A DNA stretch of 61,236 nucleotides, filler included, from Platydemus manokwari (taxonomy: Eukaryota): the NCBI GenBank assembly GCA_037951405.1. It is 6 parts of 6 records of this genome, joined end to end, with 100 filler letters (N's around TTAATTAATTAA, not from the genome) between each part and the next. Parts side by side here need not be neighbours in the genome. Positions count along the whole stretch, not along the records: positions 1 to 8,828 come from JBBMOY011343093.1; positions 8,929 to 19,891 come from JBBMOY011018857.1; 4 more parts are not named here. One strand, written 5' to 3'. The notes beneath the pieces are model-generated. The model was given only the letters and a program-made list of their open reading frames with translations, made no database searches and was not told the DNA's origin. Below, piece by piece: positions 1-12,100 of this stretch. Both the position numbers and the translations under genes were made by a program. Numbering within the stretch: the stretch's first letter is position 1; the number at the start of each line of letters is the position of its first letter.

Positions 1-28
1 TAATAATAATAATAATAATAATAATAAC

Positions 29-76
<48 letters not shown>
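1..76. repeat. (AAT)n microsatellite at contig start
   Basis: About 25 tandem AAT units with one AAC variant. Confidence 0.97.
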
Positions 77-77
<1 letters not shown>

Positions 78-329
78 TTGGCTGTCTTTGGAAATCAAGA
101 AGCACTTGTTGTAGGCTTAAAAATTGTAAAATTCTTTGATGACCTTCATAATGATCTCCGTTCTTCTTTATCTTTATTTCTTCACTTAAACTTCTTCTCC
201 AAACACGAAAATTCTAAAACCTCTTTTTTTGGTATCGAATTTTTTTAGATTTGTAGCTACTGATTTAGGCGGGTTTTCCGTCTCTTTGATGATCTGATCG
301 TGGTGGCTTGCTTCATTTAATCATAACCC

Positions 330-1290
330 ATGCATATTAATTCGTCGTTCGAGCAATATTTCAAAAAGAGAATGTTGAATTGAGCTCTGATATGTTGCAT
401 TGATGATAAATTCTATCCGAGGTATTAATTGTTATCACCATGTATCGGACCGTCCTAATCATCCTTTAGATTAAGCCATTTGCCAGGTGTTATTATGGGG
501 AGGTAAATTCTTGCTTTATTCCAAAACGTATAGCTAATTCTTCATTTCCCTTCATTTCTCTACCCACTCGGTGGGCATTGATTTTGGAGCACCATACCTA
601 TAGATCCAATTATCGATTATAGACTCGGACATACTGATCTCGTCTTGTCAAATAAGTGGCACTAAGCAATTCGTTTCTTTCCATTAGCATTATACACCAC
701 CATACCTATCTCGTGACGCAATAACCTTTTTCATGACAGTTAAGACTTAGGATAGGCTACTACTCTCTACATAATTGTCCCTATAGGTTTCCAAAACTTT
801 CCTCACACTCTGTAGTCCAATCCAATTTCTTGTCACTTCCAGTTATCATCACATATACGGAGTCGTAATTAATTTATAGTCTTTGATAAAGCGTCTGTTA
901 TAATTGCACAATCCGAGGAACGACCTCAACTGGGTTATGTAACCAAATTTTATTGCTTCTTTAATCTACTTTACTTTGTCGTTATTAGTTTCTATACTTT
1001 CTGCACTAACTGTACGGCCCAGGAAATTTAATTTTCTAGTGACAAAAGTAAATTTTTCGATATCGATTTTCAAACCTGATGATTTAATCAACCTGAAAAC
1101 CTTGTCGAGTTTCTCATTGTTTTCCTCTACTGTTCTATTATACATTAAAATATCGTTCAGACAAATTGTAAATCAAACCTATGAATATCGTATTCATTAG
1201 ACTGTGAGACATTGCTGCTTCGTTACATAATTCAAAAGGTAATCTGTTAAAACAGAACTGCCCAGTTCTAGTGCTGAACGCCTTTTTCTT
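330..1290 (-). mobile_element. Degenerate Ty3/gypsy LTR retrotransposon pol fragment (RT, integrase, GPY/F)
   Basis: Minus-strand translation gives AFSTRTGQFCFNRLPFELCN (RT TAF..G.F.F..MPFGL), CLNDILM (decayed YLDDIL), KLNFLG, IIDNWIYRYGAPKS (integrase) and a frameshifted DGP/YMVI GPY motif near 430-455. Many stops and frameshifts. Confidence 0.8.
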
Positions 1291-1339
1291 TATAACAATA
1301 TATTATCAGTGTTAATAATATAATAATATTAACATTAAT

Positions 1340-1950
1340 ATGAGGGTCGCCAAACAAAATTTGAATTATTGAAGTTTATTCCACGTCGGTAGCAACAATA
1401 ATCAGAATTATGCGATCAGGTATTGTCCACCTAGTGATAGTAAGACGATCACCTGTGCCATCCACTCAAACACAGTCACATTCTTTTGGAGGTGCGTCTC
1501 GAAGATAAATCCATTTTTTATCGATTACAACGATCTTTTTCTCAGCCCATTTTGCAGAATATAAATTCAAAATTTCTTGACAGCAAGTGACTCTGATTCT
1601 CTTCTTATTACTTGTCAGAATGTGAGGAATTCATCTGATGAAAAGTGACTTATTTGTCAATGATATTTTAAATGGCTGGGTAGATTAAGTGGCAATTTTC
1701 TTCAATCATTTTACGCACAATAAAGACATTCTCTTCTGTAGTGCTCGTTCTTGATCTTCCTGAACCTTTTTTTCGCCCAAAAAGTGTTTACTGTTCTCCT
1801 GTGAACTTTTTGGTAATATGCTGTACTCTTCTGTACTTTCTCCGGTTCCCACTTTGGACAAGAAACCGAAAGATTTCGGTAGTGAGACGTTGCTTCGTAT
1901 TGAAGGTGCAACGAAGAAATCATCTTTCAAGTTCAATAATATAACCAACT
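1340..1950 (-). mobile_element. Degenerate mariner-like transposase (N-terminal half)
   Basis: Minus strand: GRKKGSGRSRTSTTEENV (GRPR linker), R*IPHILT (WVPHEL motif with TGG>TGA), IVVIDKKWIYLRD (first catalytic Asp motif IVTGDEKW). Confidence 0.8.
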
Positions 1951-2655
1951 CTAATCGATTTGTTTAAATTTAAATCTTAAACTTTCCAGTATTGTGAGAA
2001 AATTTAAATCTTGATAGAAAATTTAATTTTGATCTTCAGATATGTTCTTACTAATAAAAATGAAATTTTTATTGCGGGCTCTATAGATTTTTGTTAATAA
2101 AAATACGATTACTAAATAATCGTATTACTAAAATAAAAAAATCAATATGTGTACTATTAACGATAATTCTATCTACTGAATCCAAAAACATTCCAGTAAA
2201 TAATCAAATCGATAATCTACAACGTACGAAACAACAATTATCAAAAAAAAACACCATTAATAAATAAGTAAATGGACGACATGGGAAATGGAAATTATTT
2301 GTTTAATCGGAAGCTCTGCAATAAGGAATGATTAACTTAAAATAAATAAAAATCTATATTCTACATAAATAAATAATTACTAAAATTAGAATAATTAAAA
2401 TCGTTACAATGCAATGCATGTCATGAAATTAATAAACAAATATTCCAAGAAAGCATATTCGCATAATTCACCAAGATCAATGAGGAATTTCAGACTTTGA
2501 ATGCTGATGCAGTCGTTGAGATAAAACGATATAATATTGAACATATCAATAGTGGTGAATAATATCAGACTGGTGTGGTCAGTGGGGGATTATAAAATGA
2601 AATAAAACCAAAAAGCTTATATTAAGAACTTGTATTTATAAATAAAAATTCTATA

Positions 2656-2811
2656 TTTAATTTGTTTAAATCATTTGTTTAAATTATGTGTCTGAATAAT
2701 TTGTTTAAATAATGTGTCTGAATAATTTGGTTAAATAATTTGTTTAAATAATGTGTCTGAATGATTTGGTTAAATAATTTGTTTAAATAATGTATCTGAA
2801 TAATTTGGTTA
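2656..2811. repeat. 13-bp minisatellite (12 units) with 39-bp higher-order period
   Basis: Units AATAATTTGTTTA (A), AATAATGTGTCTG (B), AATAATTTGGTTA (C) in the order A A B A B C A B C A B C. Confidence 0.92.
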
Positions 2812-5800
2812 AATCGTATACAATACGTGTTAAATAAAATAGTGCAGCTAACAGTCAGTGAATTGTACTGCATCCACGTTACATTATTTATTGTTTTTGA
2901 AGGCAGGAGAAAATCATGTGCTTATGCTTCTAGTTTGTGTCGGAACATGACTTTGTGGGTTATGCTAAATCTTGACAATAATCGATTTTGTAATTAGTAT
3001 ATTTTTATTCGTTATCAAACGAGTTTTGATTTGACCTTGGAAGCAGATCCGGTGTATTAAGTGGTGTATCAGGTCTTGTATCAACAAGTTATATAAATGA
3101 TATATAATGATATTTTTCATTTTTAAGTATTATTCCAAGACATCACATGACTGCTTGAGTTGTCTGTAGATAGCAAATTTAACACTAGTTTGAAGCCAGT
3201 ACATAGCAGTAGTGATAAATATCAGAACAAATAATGTTTCCCAATAATGAGATGAGTTACAACAAACAATTATTATGGCAATTTTGTGTCTTGATCGATA
3301 TTTTGTTAGAAATAAATATACTCATTTAAAATGGTACGAACAAAACTTAATTTCAAATTTGGTGTTTTCATTTATATTCCCCTTTTTGTGATTCATTGAG
3401 ACGTAATTATCATCAAGTTGATTGGATCTAAACGACAATTAAGCAGAAATATTATTTATTTTCAAATGAAATATATTTATTTCAATATTATTAATAATAA
3501 TATTTTATCATATTTTTTTCCTCATATAACTATACCATCAAACGTGTATTTGTTCAAATGAAGAAAATGATCCATGGACCTTATTTGATTGTTGTGAGAT
3601 GCTTTAAATGAATTAAATTTTTCAAATGAAATTTTATATAAAATATTATTTATATAAAATTTAATTTTTTTATTTGATTATTTGTATTTAAAAAGATTTT
3701 TGGTGTCTTGGCTGTTCAGTTCGTTTTTAATGTGTGTTTTCTAAAATAGTAGCGGCTAACATGGCCACCACCTATCTGGATTCGAATCTGAAAAGATTAA
3801 CGACTGAAAATTATAGAAAAGAAGGAAGAGGATACTGAGACTATAGTGCGAACATGTAAAAGAAGATATAATTGATATGTAAGAGAAGATTTTAAAAGAC
3901 AAAAGAATTAGAGTTTTCGTGTAAAGAAATATGTCGAGTATTCGACAGAGAAACAATTAACAAAATCAAAAATTTTAAAGAAAGGGGTTGTGATTTTTGA
4001 CATCAAATTAATTTTTATTATTTAATTTTATTTATATTTTTAAAAAAATTATTCAAAAATTCATTTTTATAAAAAATTTAAATCAAGAAATCTTCGTTAC
4101 CATGGTTTCAAATTTCGTGAATCGGTAAAATATTTTTCAACGATAATTGTGTCGGGTTAATAACCAATGTTTGAAAGACAGCTTTAACACATTCAATGAA
4201 GCGTGTTAATAATTGATCCAAACGTGTTTATCTTTAATTAAATATTTAGTAATTCGTTAAATGTTCATTTTAATTTTATTTTGCCACTAGGAATGTGACA
4301 CTTCGATATTTTGGTTTGGAAATGAAAAGCAATTGGTATTATTTAAAATATTTAAAAGAATTTTTTAAAATATTTAGTTTTATCTTTTATCATTTTTGAT
4401 AGCATCCTAGGATACCAAATAATAATAATTTTAAAATTTCAAAATAATTTAAAATAATTTTTAAGTAATTTTAAAATCATTATTTTAAATAATAAATACG
4501 ATAATAAATTTTAAAAATAGTGTTTTAAAGTTTATTAAATAAAATAAGATAATTTAAAATTATTAATATATATATAGACTTGTTTAGGATTGATATTGAA
4601 ACTTTCCGGAATTATAATTTGTTTAAAAAATTGTATTAAGTGTTGTAAGTAAATAAATTTTAAGAAAATCGCTATAATGAGTTCTTTTCTTGAAACATTA
4701 ATTACAAGCGAAGTAGCCGCTAATAACAGGGACTAAACAAGTTCATATTTTAATCACAACACTACTTATACTAAGGGCATTGTGATCTTAAAAATATCTT
4801 ATTCTGTAAATAAAAATTTAATTATGAATGCTGTTTTATCACTTGCTCTTATAAATTAATTGTAGAAAATCCGACTGCCTCTTCATCCACTTCTAATGTT
4901 CAAGAAAGAGGTCCTCGTTGATTTACTATATATTGCAATTTCACTTACTTTGCCCCATTTTTCACAAAATTAATTGTTCGAAGATTTTAAAGATCTACTT
5001 CGTTTAATATTTGATTCCAGAGTCATCATATCAACTTAAATAAAAAATACAAAACGTGTTTAAAGAATATAATTAAATAAAAAATATAGACTTTTGTAAT
5101 AAATTAAAAATTTTATTTTAGGACCCACTTTTTAACTTTATCCAATTTATTTTATGTACCACAGACAAAATACAGATATGAAGTAACTTCCAGTAACAAA
5201 CCTTTTTCAGAAAAAACAGGAGAATGAAGATATTCAATTTTAAGTTGTATGAATTCATGTCAATATTTTGAAATATTTTTGTGCTAATTTTATGTTTTCT
5301 TCAAAATTTTATGGTTCCCTTATCACTGTACATGTGGTTATGGCTATGAGGTGCTATATCAGACTTTAGAATGGAAAAATTATGAAAGAATAATTTTATA
5401 AATTGAAATATGTTTTATCCCTTTGATTAAACTATTTTAGTTGTAGTCGATTATAAATTATTTTGAAATGATTATGGTTATAATAATGGTTATAATAATT
5501 TGCTGATAGTATATATTTAAAACCTAATAAATTGTTCATCGACATACCAGTTTTATGATACTTACTATGCATCAGTATAATATAGAATTTCTAATTAATC
5601 ATATAATACCTCCTTCGATGGAGTGTTCAAAGTCACAATAATATCACTCCATCTTGTCCCAATATTTGGGTTATAGATTCGTTGTAATTCAAAAAATCTC
5701 TCAGTATTACCCTCGCCAATTTGGTTCACAGTTCTCATGTTAGTGATATCAAAGAGTTTCAACGGATATATCAATATCCTATTATCATCGAATGTCCAAA

Positions 5801-8800
5801 AAGAAAAAAAAGTTCATACAATCAAATCCAATAAATAAAATAATTTTATATCTAAGAACTCTTGAGGTGTGTTTCGTGTGCGATTAAATCTCGAAAAACA
5901 ATTAAAAATCTTTGAGAAATTATTATTGCTTGAGCTCGCTATCAATCAAAATCATTCAACAAGCTGAGATTTGTGAAAGGAGCTTGTTGGAATAATAATT
6001 AATCGAGTAACAGGAAATGGAGTGGGAATTATTTTTCTGGAGATTTCATAAATATTTCAATAACATAAATTCCAATTTTAAATAGGATCATAAGAATTGT
6101 TTCTTTACTAAGAATTTGCGAATATGTTCTATTATAGATTTATTGATTTATGGATTGCAGAATAAGTTACAAATGTTCGACATGATAAACTTCATGTTTA
6201 AAAACCTGGCCCTCTATGTACAGTTCTATATTTCTTGGGAAGATTAAATCTAATTCGTCCGCAATAAATTAGAGAATACATTGATTTCCAAGGTATTTTC
6301 TGAGATTAAAGACGAACTTTTTTGATTCAGAAGATGTTTGAATGCTATTAATTATTCTATAATTTTAAAATTCATTTTTCTCTGTGGACTGAGATTTACG
6401 CATTGAAATTGTTAGCGTATCCTCATAGTTACCAGGTTGAGTCAAAAGTTATTCATGTTTTTATGCAGTTAGTTGGTAATTCACATAAGAATTTTAAAGT
6501 GAAAGCCTAGTAGTTGAATCCCAACAATACCGAAAGCAATAATTTTCGAAATTTATCTAAATTCAATGTTAATAATAATTTAAAATCAGTGAGTGTAGCC
6601 ACACAAGGAGCGGATTTAACCGTTAAATGAATTATTAAAATGAGGAACAGCCATCACAATATCACAAACATTCAATTCAAATTTTATCCAATATAACTCG
6701 AGGATAAAGAGAATAATATTCAACAACGCTTACAGAAAAATGTCAGTAACCGAAATATATTAAATTCTCCATCCATAATTTATCGTAGAAATGTTTATCA
6801 ATATTTTGAGAATGAACACAAGGAATTTCAGTTCGAAACATTGTCGGTGTAATTATTCGATGAATAAATCTGTTTAAGATTCTTTAAAAAAGAAATATAA
6901 TCCTTTGAATAATCTTCTAGAATAATTGGAAATACTATACAGCATTAAAAGCATGAGATTGGTTAGAAAATTTTATAATAATTATTTTATAATATCTGTG
7001 TAGAAGTATAAATTATATTGATAATAACACTCACTATTGGTTATACTCGATTCTATTTACTATTCATTTGCTTCTTATATATTTATCCAGTCGAAGAAGA
7101 CTAATTTTTTATTAAAGAAGTCAATTATTGAATTAAAAAACTTGAAGGGGGGAAAATACCCCATTTTAAAATTCCTTAATTAAATTTTCGTTAATCTTAA
7201 TTAGTTTTTCTTAATTCGTTTTACGACTTTGCTTAATTGGTTATCGAATAAAATTGTTGGTTACTCAAGAGTCTTTAGTTTCTCTTCAACCACCTCTACA
7301 GTACCGAAGAATCCCATTGAATGAGTATAATATCTGGCCATCATAATTTACAAAACTTGATCTTTATCGTGATCACGAAAAATCAAAAAAAGAAACTAAT
7401 TTCAATCTCCATAATCTTATAGCCATTGTTTTTATGTTACTATTTTAGAGGTCAATTGTTTCCACTTATTTCTTATCTTTACTAATATCTACAATCGAAA
7501 ATATTTCACCATTATATCCTTATAATTTAATAATTCAACAAATATATTAACAAGAACTTTTTCAAATGAGAGGCACCAATAACAAAGATTTTGGTGTACA
7601 GAATAAATATTGCACAAACATAACTTAGCTTTATTTCTTATCTGACTTTACTGGACGAGGTTTTCAAAGAGGTTAACCCAAAAATAATGATTTCAATGTA
7701 TATTCACTATTATATCTTAAAAACGATAGATATGACACAGTTTCAATGAATTAATAAATGAAGACTTATTCCCGTCATTTCTGCCGAAATACCAGTTCAT
7801 AATGTCTTTGAAGTTGTAACATTATATCTTCTTTTATAAAACAAACTCAACTGCTGCGTACTACTAGCAATATACACAATGTAATATGGGGTTTTATACC
7901 CTTACAACAACAGAAGTTGCATCATAAATATTGCAATGGAAAATATCTCACTTTTATGCTTATTTCAATGCGAACATAACATGAAAAGATCTGAAACTGT
8001 TGTTTTACAGAATCATTCGTTAATTCAATCATTTTTCAATATCACGCGTAAACATGAGTTCGTAATTATTAATTTAATTACAGATTATAGTTCGAAAGAA
8101 TATTATTGCTAATATGATTTGATTTGATTTAATTCTTGATATGCTTGTTTACTTACTTATTTACAGTGTTCACAGTGTGATTTTACCCTTGTCAATCGAT
8201 TGGCACACATATCTATTTATCCAATCATCTATTCGGTGATCAATTTCTGTTCCACGGGACTTTGTTCTTCAATTACTGCCGATATTTCATTTTTTCATGA
8301 ATTATTAATATTTTTATCGCGACTGGAAAGCTCTATTATTTAAAATATTTCCATTAATAAATCCATCAAAATATATTTTAGGCACGGCAAATATTATCGT
8401 AGATTTGAAGAAAGATCGAATTGTTGAGTTTGTTGAAATTTTTAAATGTTTTCACTGATCAACTGGAAGCAGTACAACATACTCATTTACTTAACAATAC
8501 TCCAACCGGCATTTGAGTACAAAGATAGTGAGTTACCTGAAGCGTATGATGCCTGATTTCATATCATGCCTGATTGAAAAATCATATAGAGCAATATTAA
8601 GTTAATCAGGAAGTGACTTTGATGCAAGACAAAAACTTCATTACTGAAAGAGATATTTGGCAAAAGATCTAAATCCAAATTGAGAATTTAACATTATAAT
8701 TTGTAGATAATCATTTGGAATAAACGAACGTTTTCATTGATTCTAAATCTACTCGAAAAGATAACAACAAAAATGCTAATAAAACCATATTAAATGATAC

Positions 8801-8801
8801 A

Positions 8802-8828
8802 TATTGGGTCTATAACTTAATAACCGGA
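8802..8828 (+). mobile_element. Mariner-type terminal inverted repeat running into the gap
   Basis: TA + TTGGGTCTATAACTTAATAACCGG at the contig end, similar to the TA+TTAGGTGTA... ends at 29577, 51981 and 61163. Confidence 0.45.
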
Positions 8829-8928
8829 NNNNNNNNNNNNNNNNNNNNNNNNNNNNNNNNNNNNNNNNNNNNTTAATTAATTAANNNNNNNNNNNNNNNN
8901 NNNNNNNNNNNNNNNNNNNNNNNNNNNN
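8829..8928. other. Artificial contig spacer
   Basis: 44 N + TTAATTAATTAA (stop in six frames) + 44 N. Confidence 0.98.
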
Positions 8929-9167
8929 AACAATTCTCTTATTCATGTAAATAATTATCTTAAATTGTGCAAAATTTATTTTAAAACTCAAAAAACCCTA
9001 TAATAATATTTTTTAATCAATTAATTTTCTACTATTAGTATCTAGCTTTGTTGCGTTGTTTAAATATATTGTTTAATATTTCCAATTTTTTAATTTAATT
9101 GTCAAGTTATTAGAAATAATTATTGTAATAGTATTATTTATAATCTTTAGGGTTTATATATTAATTC

Positions 9168-12100
9168 ATGAATGAAGTTAGATCTACTGATTTTTTATTA
9201 TTTCATGACGAATCCGGAGCGTGTTCTAGATTAATTAAGTTAACATGCGTATCTGAAATGAATGATAAAGATTTTGATTTGATTGATCGAATATTATTGA
9301 AAGAACATTTTAGGTAATAATTAATATTTTAACTATTGTTCTTATTTTAAGTCATTCAGTGCTAATGTACCTAATTTCGAGAGTTTTGTCAAAAAATTTG
9401 TTGAATGGGGTGCTGAATTCATTTTTAAAATGATTGAAAAAAATTTATATATTAATCGTTTGAAGAAGATAATGTCACATATTGAATATTTAGTTGATTT
9501 ATTACCAGTTAATTCAAGAATTTTAAACACAAATTTTATTGATAAAAAAACTCTAGTGGTAATATTTAATAATAATAATTATTATTATTGTATATTAACA
9601 ATCATAATTTTAGGTACTTCTGGGATTATTTAGAATTAATTCTCCTAAAAATCCGGGTGATTACGTATATATATTCTCTAAACTTTGGATCTTATGTGAA
9701 ACGGTAATTTTTTATTTTTACCCAAATAACATATTTATTTTTCTCATTAAAAAAGCAAATACGGGATGACGAAGTTATGTCTCCTGCGTTAAATGGTGTC
9801 TATGAACTCTTAAAAGCTCCGAAATCCATAAATCTTATTGGTGAAATCTTTCAATACGCAGAAAAACTCTTAACGATGCATTGTTCTAGATTAGGTTTGA
9901 TAATTTTCTTAATCATTTTTAAAAACGAAAAATACTTTCAGATTTCAAAATAGTCAATTTGAGCGTTATTGAGAATTTGCTGAATATCGTCAAAGTTGTT
10001 GTTCAAAACGAGAACCATGCTATAGTTAGATTGCATTTTTGGTGGCGATTTATCAGTTCGATTGATGCCGAAGCTATGTGCAAAACATTATTTTTACCGG
10101 TAAATATTTGGAAATGTTTACGACAAACTGATTATTTGATGTATTTCTTAGATTGTCATTCCATTTTTGGCAAATATTTTCGGTAAATATCTTACATTTG
10201 ATCCAGGTGGGGTTTTGATAATCTTTGCTTTCAATTTCAATGACATTTTTCCTTTCTAGAGACGAAGTTTTCCTACAGTCTCTATCCATATAACTGTTTC
10301 AGTAACCACCAAGCATTGGGTCCATTGTGTAACCACGTTATGCTTCAACTGCTATTGATATTTGGCAAGCCCGATTTACCAAATATCCGAAAATCACAAC
10401 TTTTCAGTGGGGAATTTTATTTGATTATTATTAATTTACTTGTTTGTCTCCACTCCATATTTATACAGATGGTATCAAACATTATAGGAATTTTGCCAAC
10501 TTTCTTATTACGGAAAAAATTCTCGATTCGATTTTAATGAGTGTTTATTATTGGTGTCAGACAATACAATTAGACAAATCAAAATTGGTATTATCACCAT
10601 TCCATTTATTGGGCGAATTATTCAAGTGCCTATCGAAAAGATTAATCGTTTCTTTCGATATTAATAAGGTTAGATTTTCTTGTCATAAAATTAACATTTT
10701 CAAGCTGATTACTAATTGAGAGTAGATTAATTTGGTTTTTTTTATTGAATATAACTGAATTTTGTTATGTACTCCTTACTAATTGGCAGTAGATTAATCT
10801 TATAATTTTTAATTATCTATATAATTTGAATTATACTCACTGATTCCATGGTAGATAAAATATTTCGTATAAACTTTGTTTTTATTCAAATCAATGTTAT
10901 TAAAATGTTTTCACTAATTTATCAATCATTTATTATTAGAGATAATGTTATTACCACATTACGCTCATAGTCATCTTAATTGAGTAATCCTATCAAAGAA
11001 TTGTTAAATTAATCATCACCTACAAATATTTGAAAACAAAACATTATTTTTTTTCCGAACTACAACTACTTATGATTTATAAGTAGTTTTAAAAACATTT
11101 TTAGTAATATATTGAAAAATAATTGGTGTTGCACAATTTAGTTGAATTTAGTTTCTTATATTATTATTACAATAATATTATTGGTTAAATTGATATAATA
11201 TGAAATATCTAGAAATTATTGATTTATACACAAACAATTGGATTTTCGCTCATCTATATTTTATTCTATTTCATATTGATCACCATATAATTCCAATGTT
11301 ATAATTACTGTTGACTTTAACTAAATATTAATCCGTTACTCAATTATGTAATGTAATTATATAACAGTGATAACAAAACGAATTCAACAAAAAATGTCTC
11401 TTACAGATTTTCTAGTTGATATGGAGCTGTCATTTTTGTTTCTGATCATCATCGATGACATTCAATCATTAATGTTTCAATTTCAGAGTACTTCTGATGA
11501 AAAACCAGATGTTACCAATTCAGACAATATATTCCATCGATTCATTAATAAAATGATTACATTGAAAAAACGTCTGGAAAAAGATTTCGAATCTAATGCT
11601 AGCATTCATATACCACCATTAACAGGAAACATAGTAAATTGACAATAAAAATGAGTAGTTCATTTAATAACGATGACATCATTTAGGCAATTGTGCAACC
11701 AATCATTTCTGCTCTGCACACAATCGGCGATGTTATGAGTTACACACATGTAGTCTTGTTTTTTTTCTGATGAATTTCCATTTGACTGTTTTTTATTGTG
11801 TCATTTCAGTCGGGTTTGGAATTGCTTCTAGGAATATTTTGTGAGCATTTGAGTGATATGAACAAGTTAATATTATCCGATAATCATGCAAGTTTGAATA
11901 ACGATTCATCATGGCTGGATAATAGTAAAATGATCATTGATCTAATTTTCCCAATGAAAAGCTTGGCATTCAGTTTGATCATGTCTCGCGACATCGACAT
12001 GATAAACAAGCACTGGTTTCAAGGATGGTTTGATAAAGGTTCGAAAATCTCTTGGCATTTCAGCTGTTGACACCGTCTTTCTTATAGACTTCAAATCTGT

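Noticed and set aside
2656-2811. CRISPR-like array
   Set aside because: Contiguous tandem units without unique spacers; eukaryotic context and no cas genes.
5950-8530. LINE-like words (GNGVGII, PILNRIIRI, IYLTILQPAFEY)
   Set aside because: Isolated short motifs amid stops; probably old LINE debris but too weak to call or delimit.
8873-8884. Recurrent TTAATTAATTAA palindrome as a biological motif
   Set aside because: Identical in all five gaps and centred in fixed N runs; it is a six-frame-stop linker added during concatenation.
9151-9435. Apparent in-frame stops or frameshift in RIF1 5' exons suggesting stop-codon reassignment or RNA editing
   Set aside because: Using ATG 9168 and the CAG acceptor at 9357-9359 gives an open, phase-consistent frame. 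The GPCR and other exons also read normally in the standard code.
10669-11486. Stop-rich exon-like stretches and a 23-bp near-duplication (10709-10731 / 10776-10798) inside RIF1
   Set aside because: The flanking exons join in phase 0 across it, so one long intron is the simplest explanation. A small missed exon cannot be excluded.
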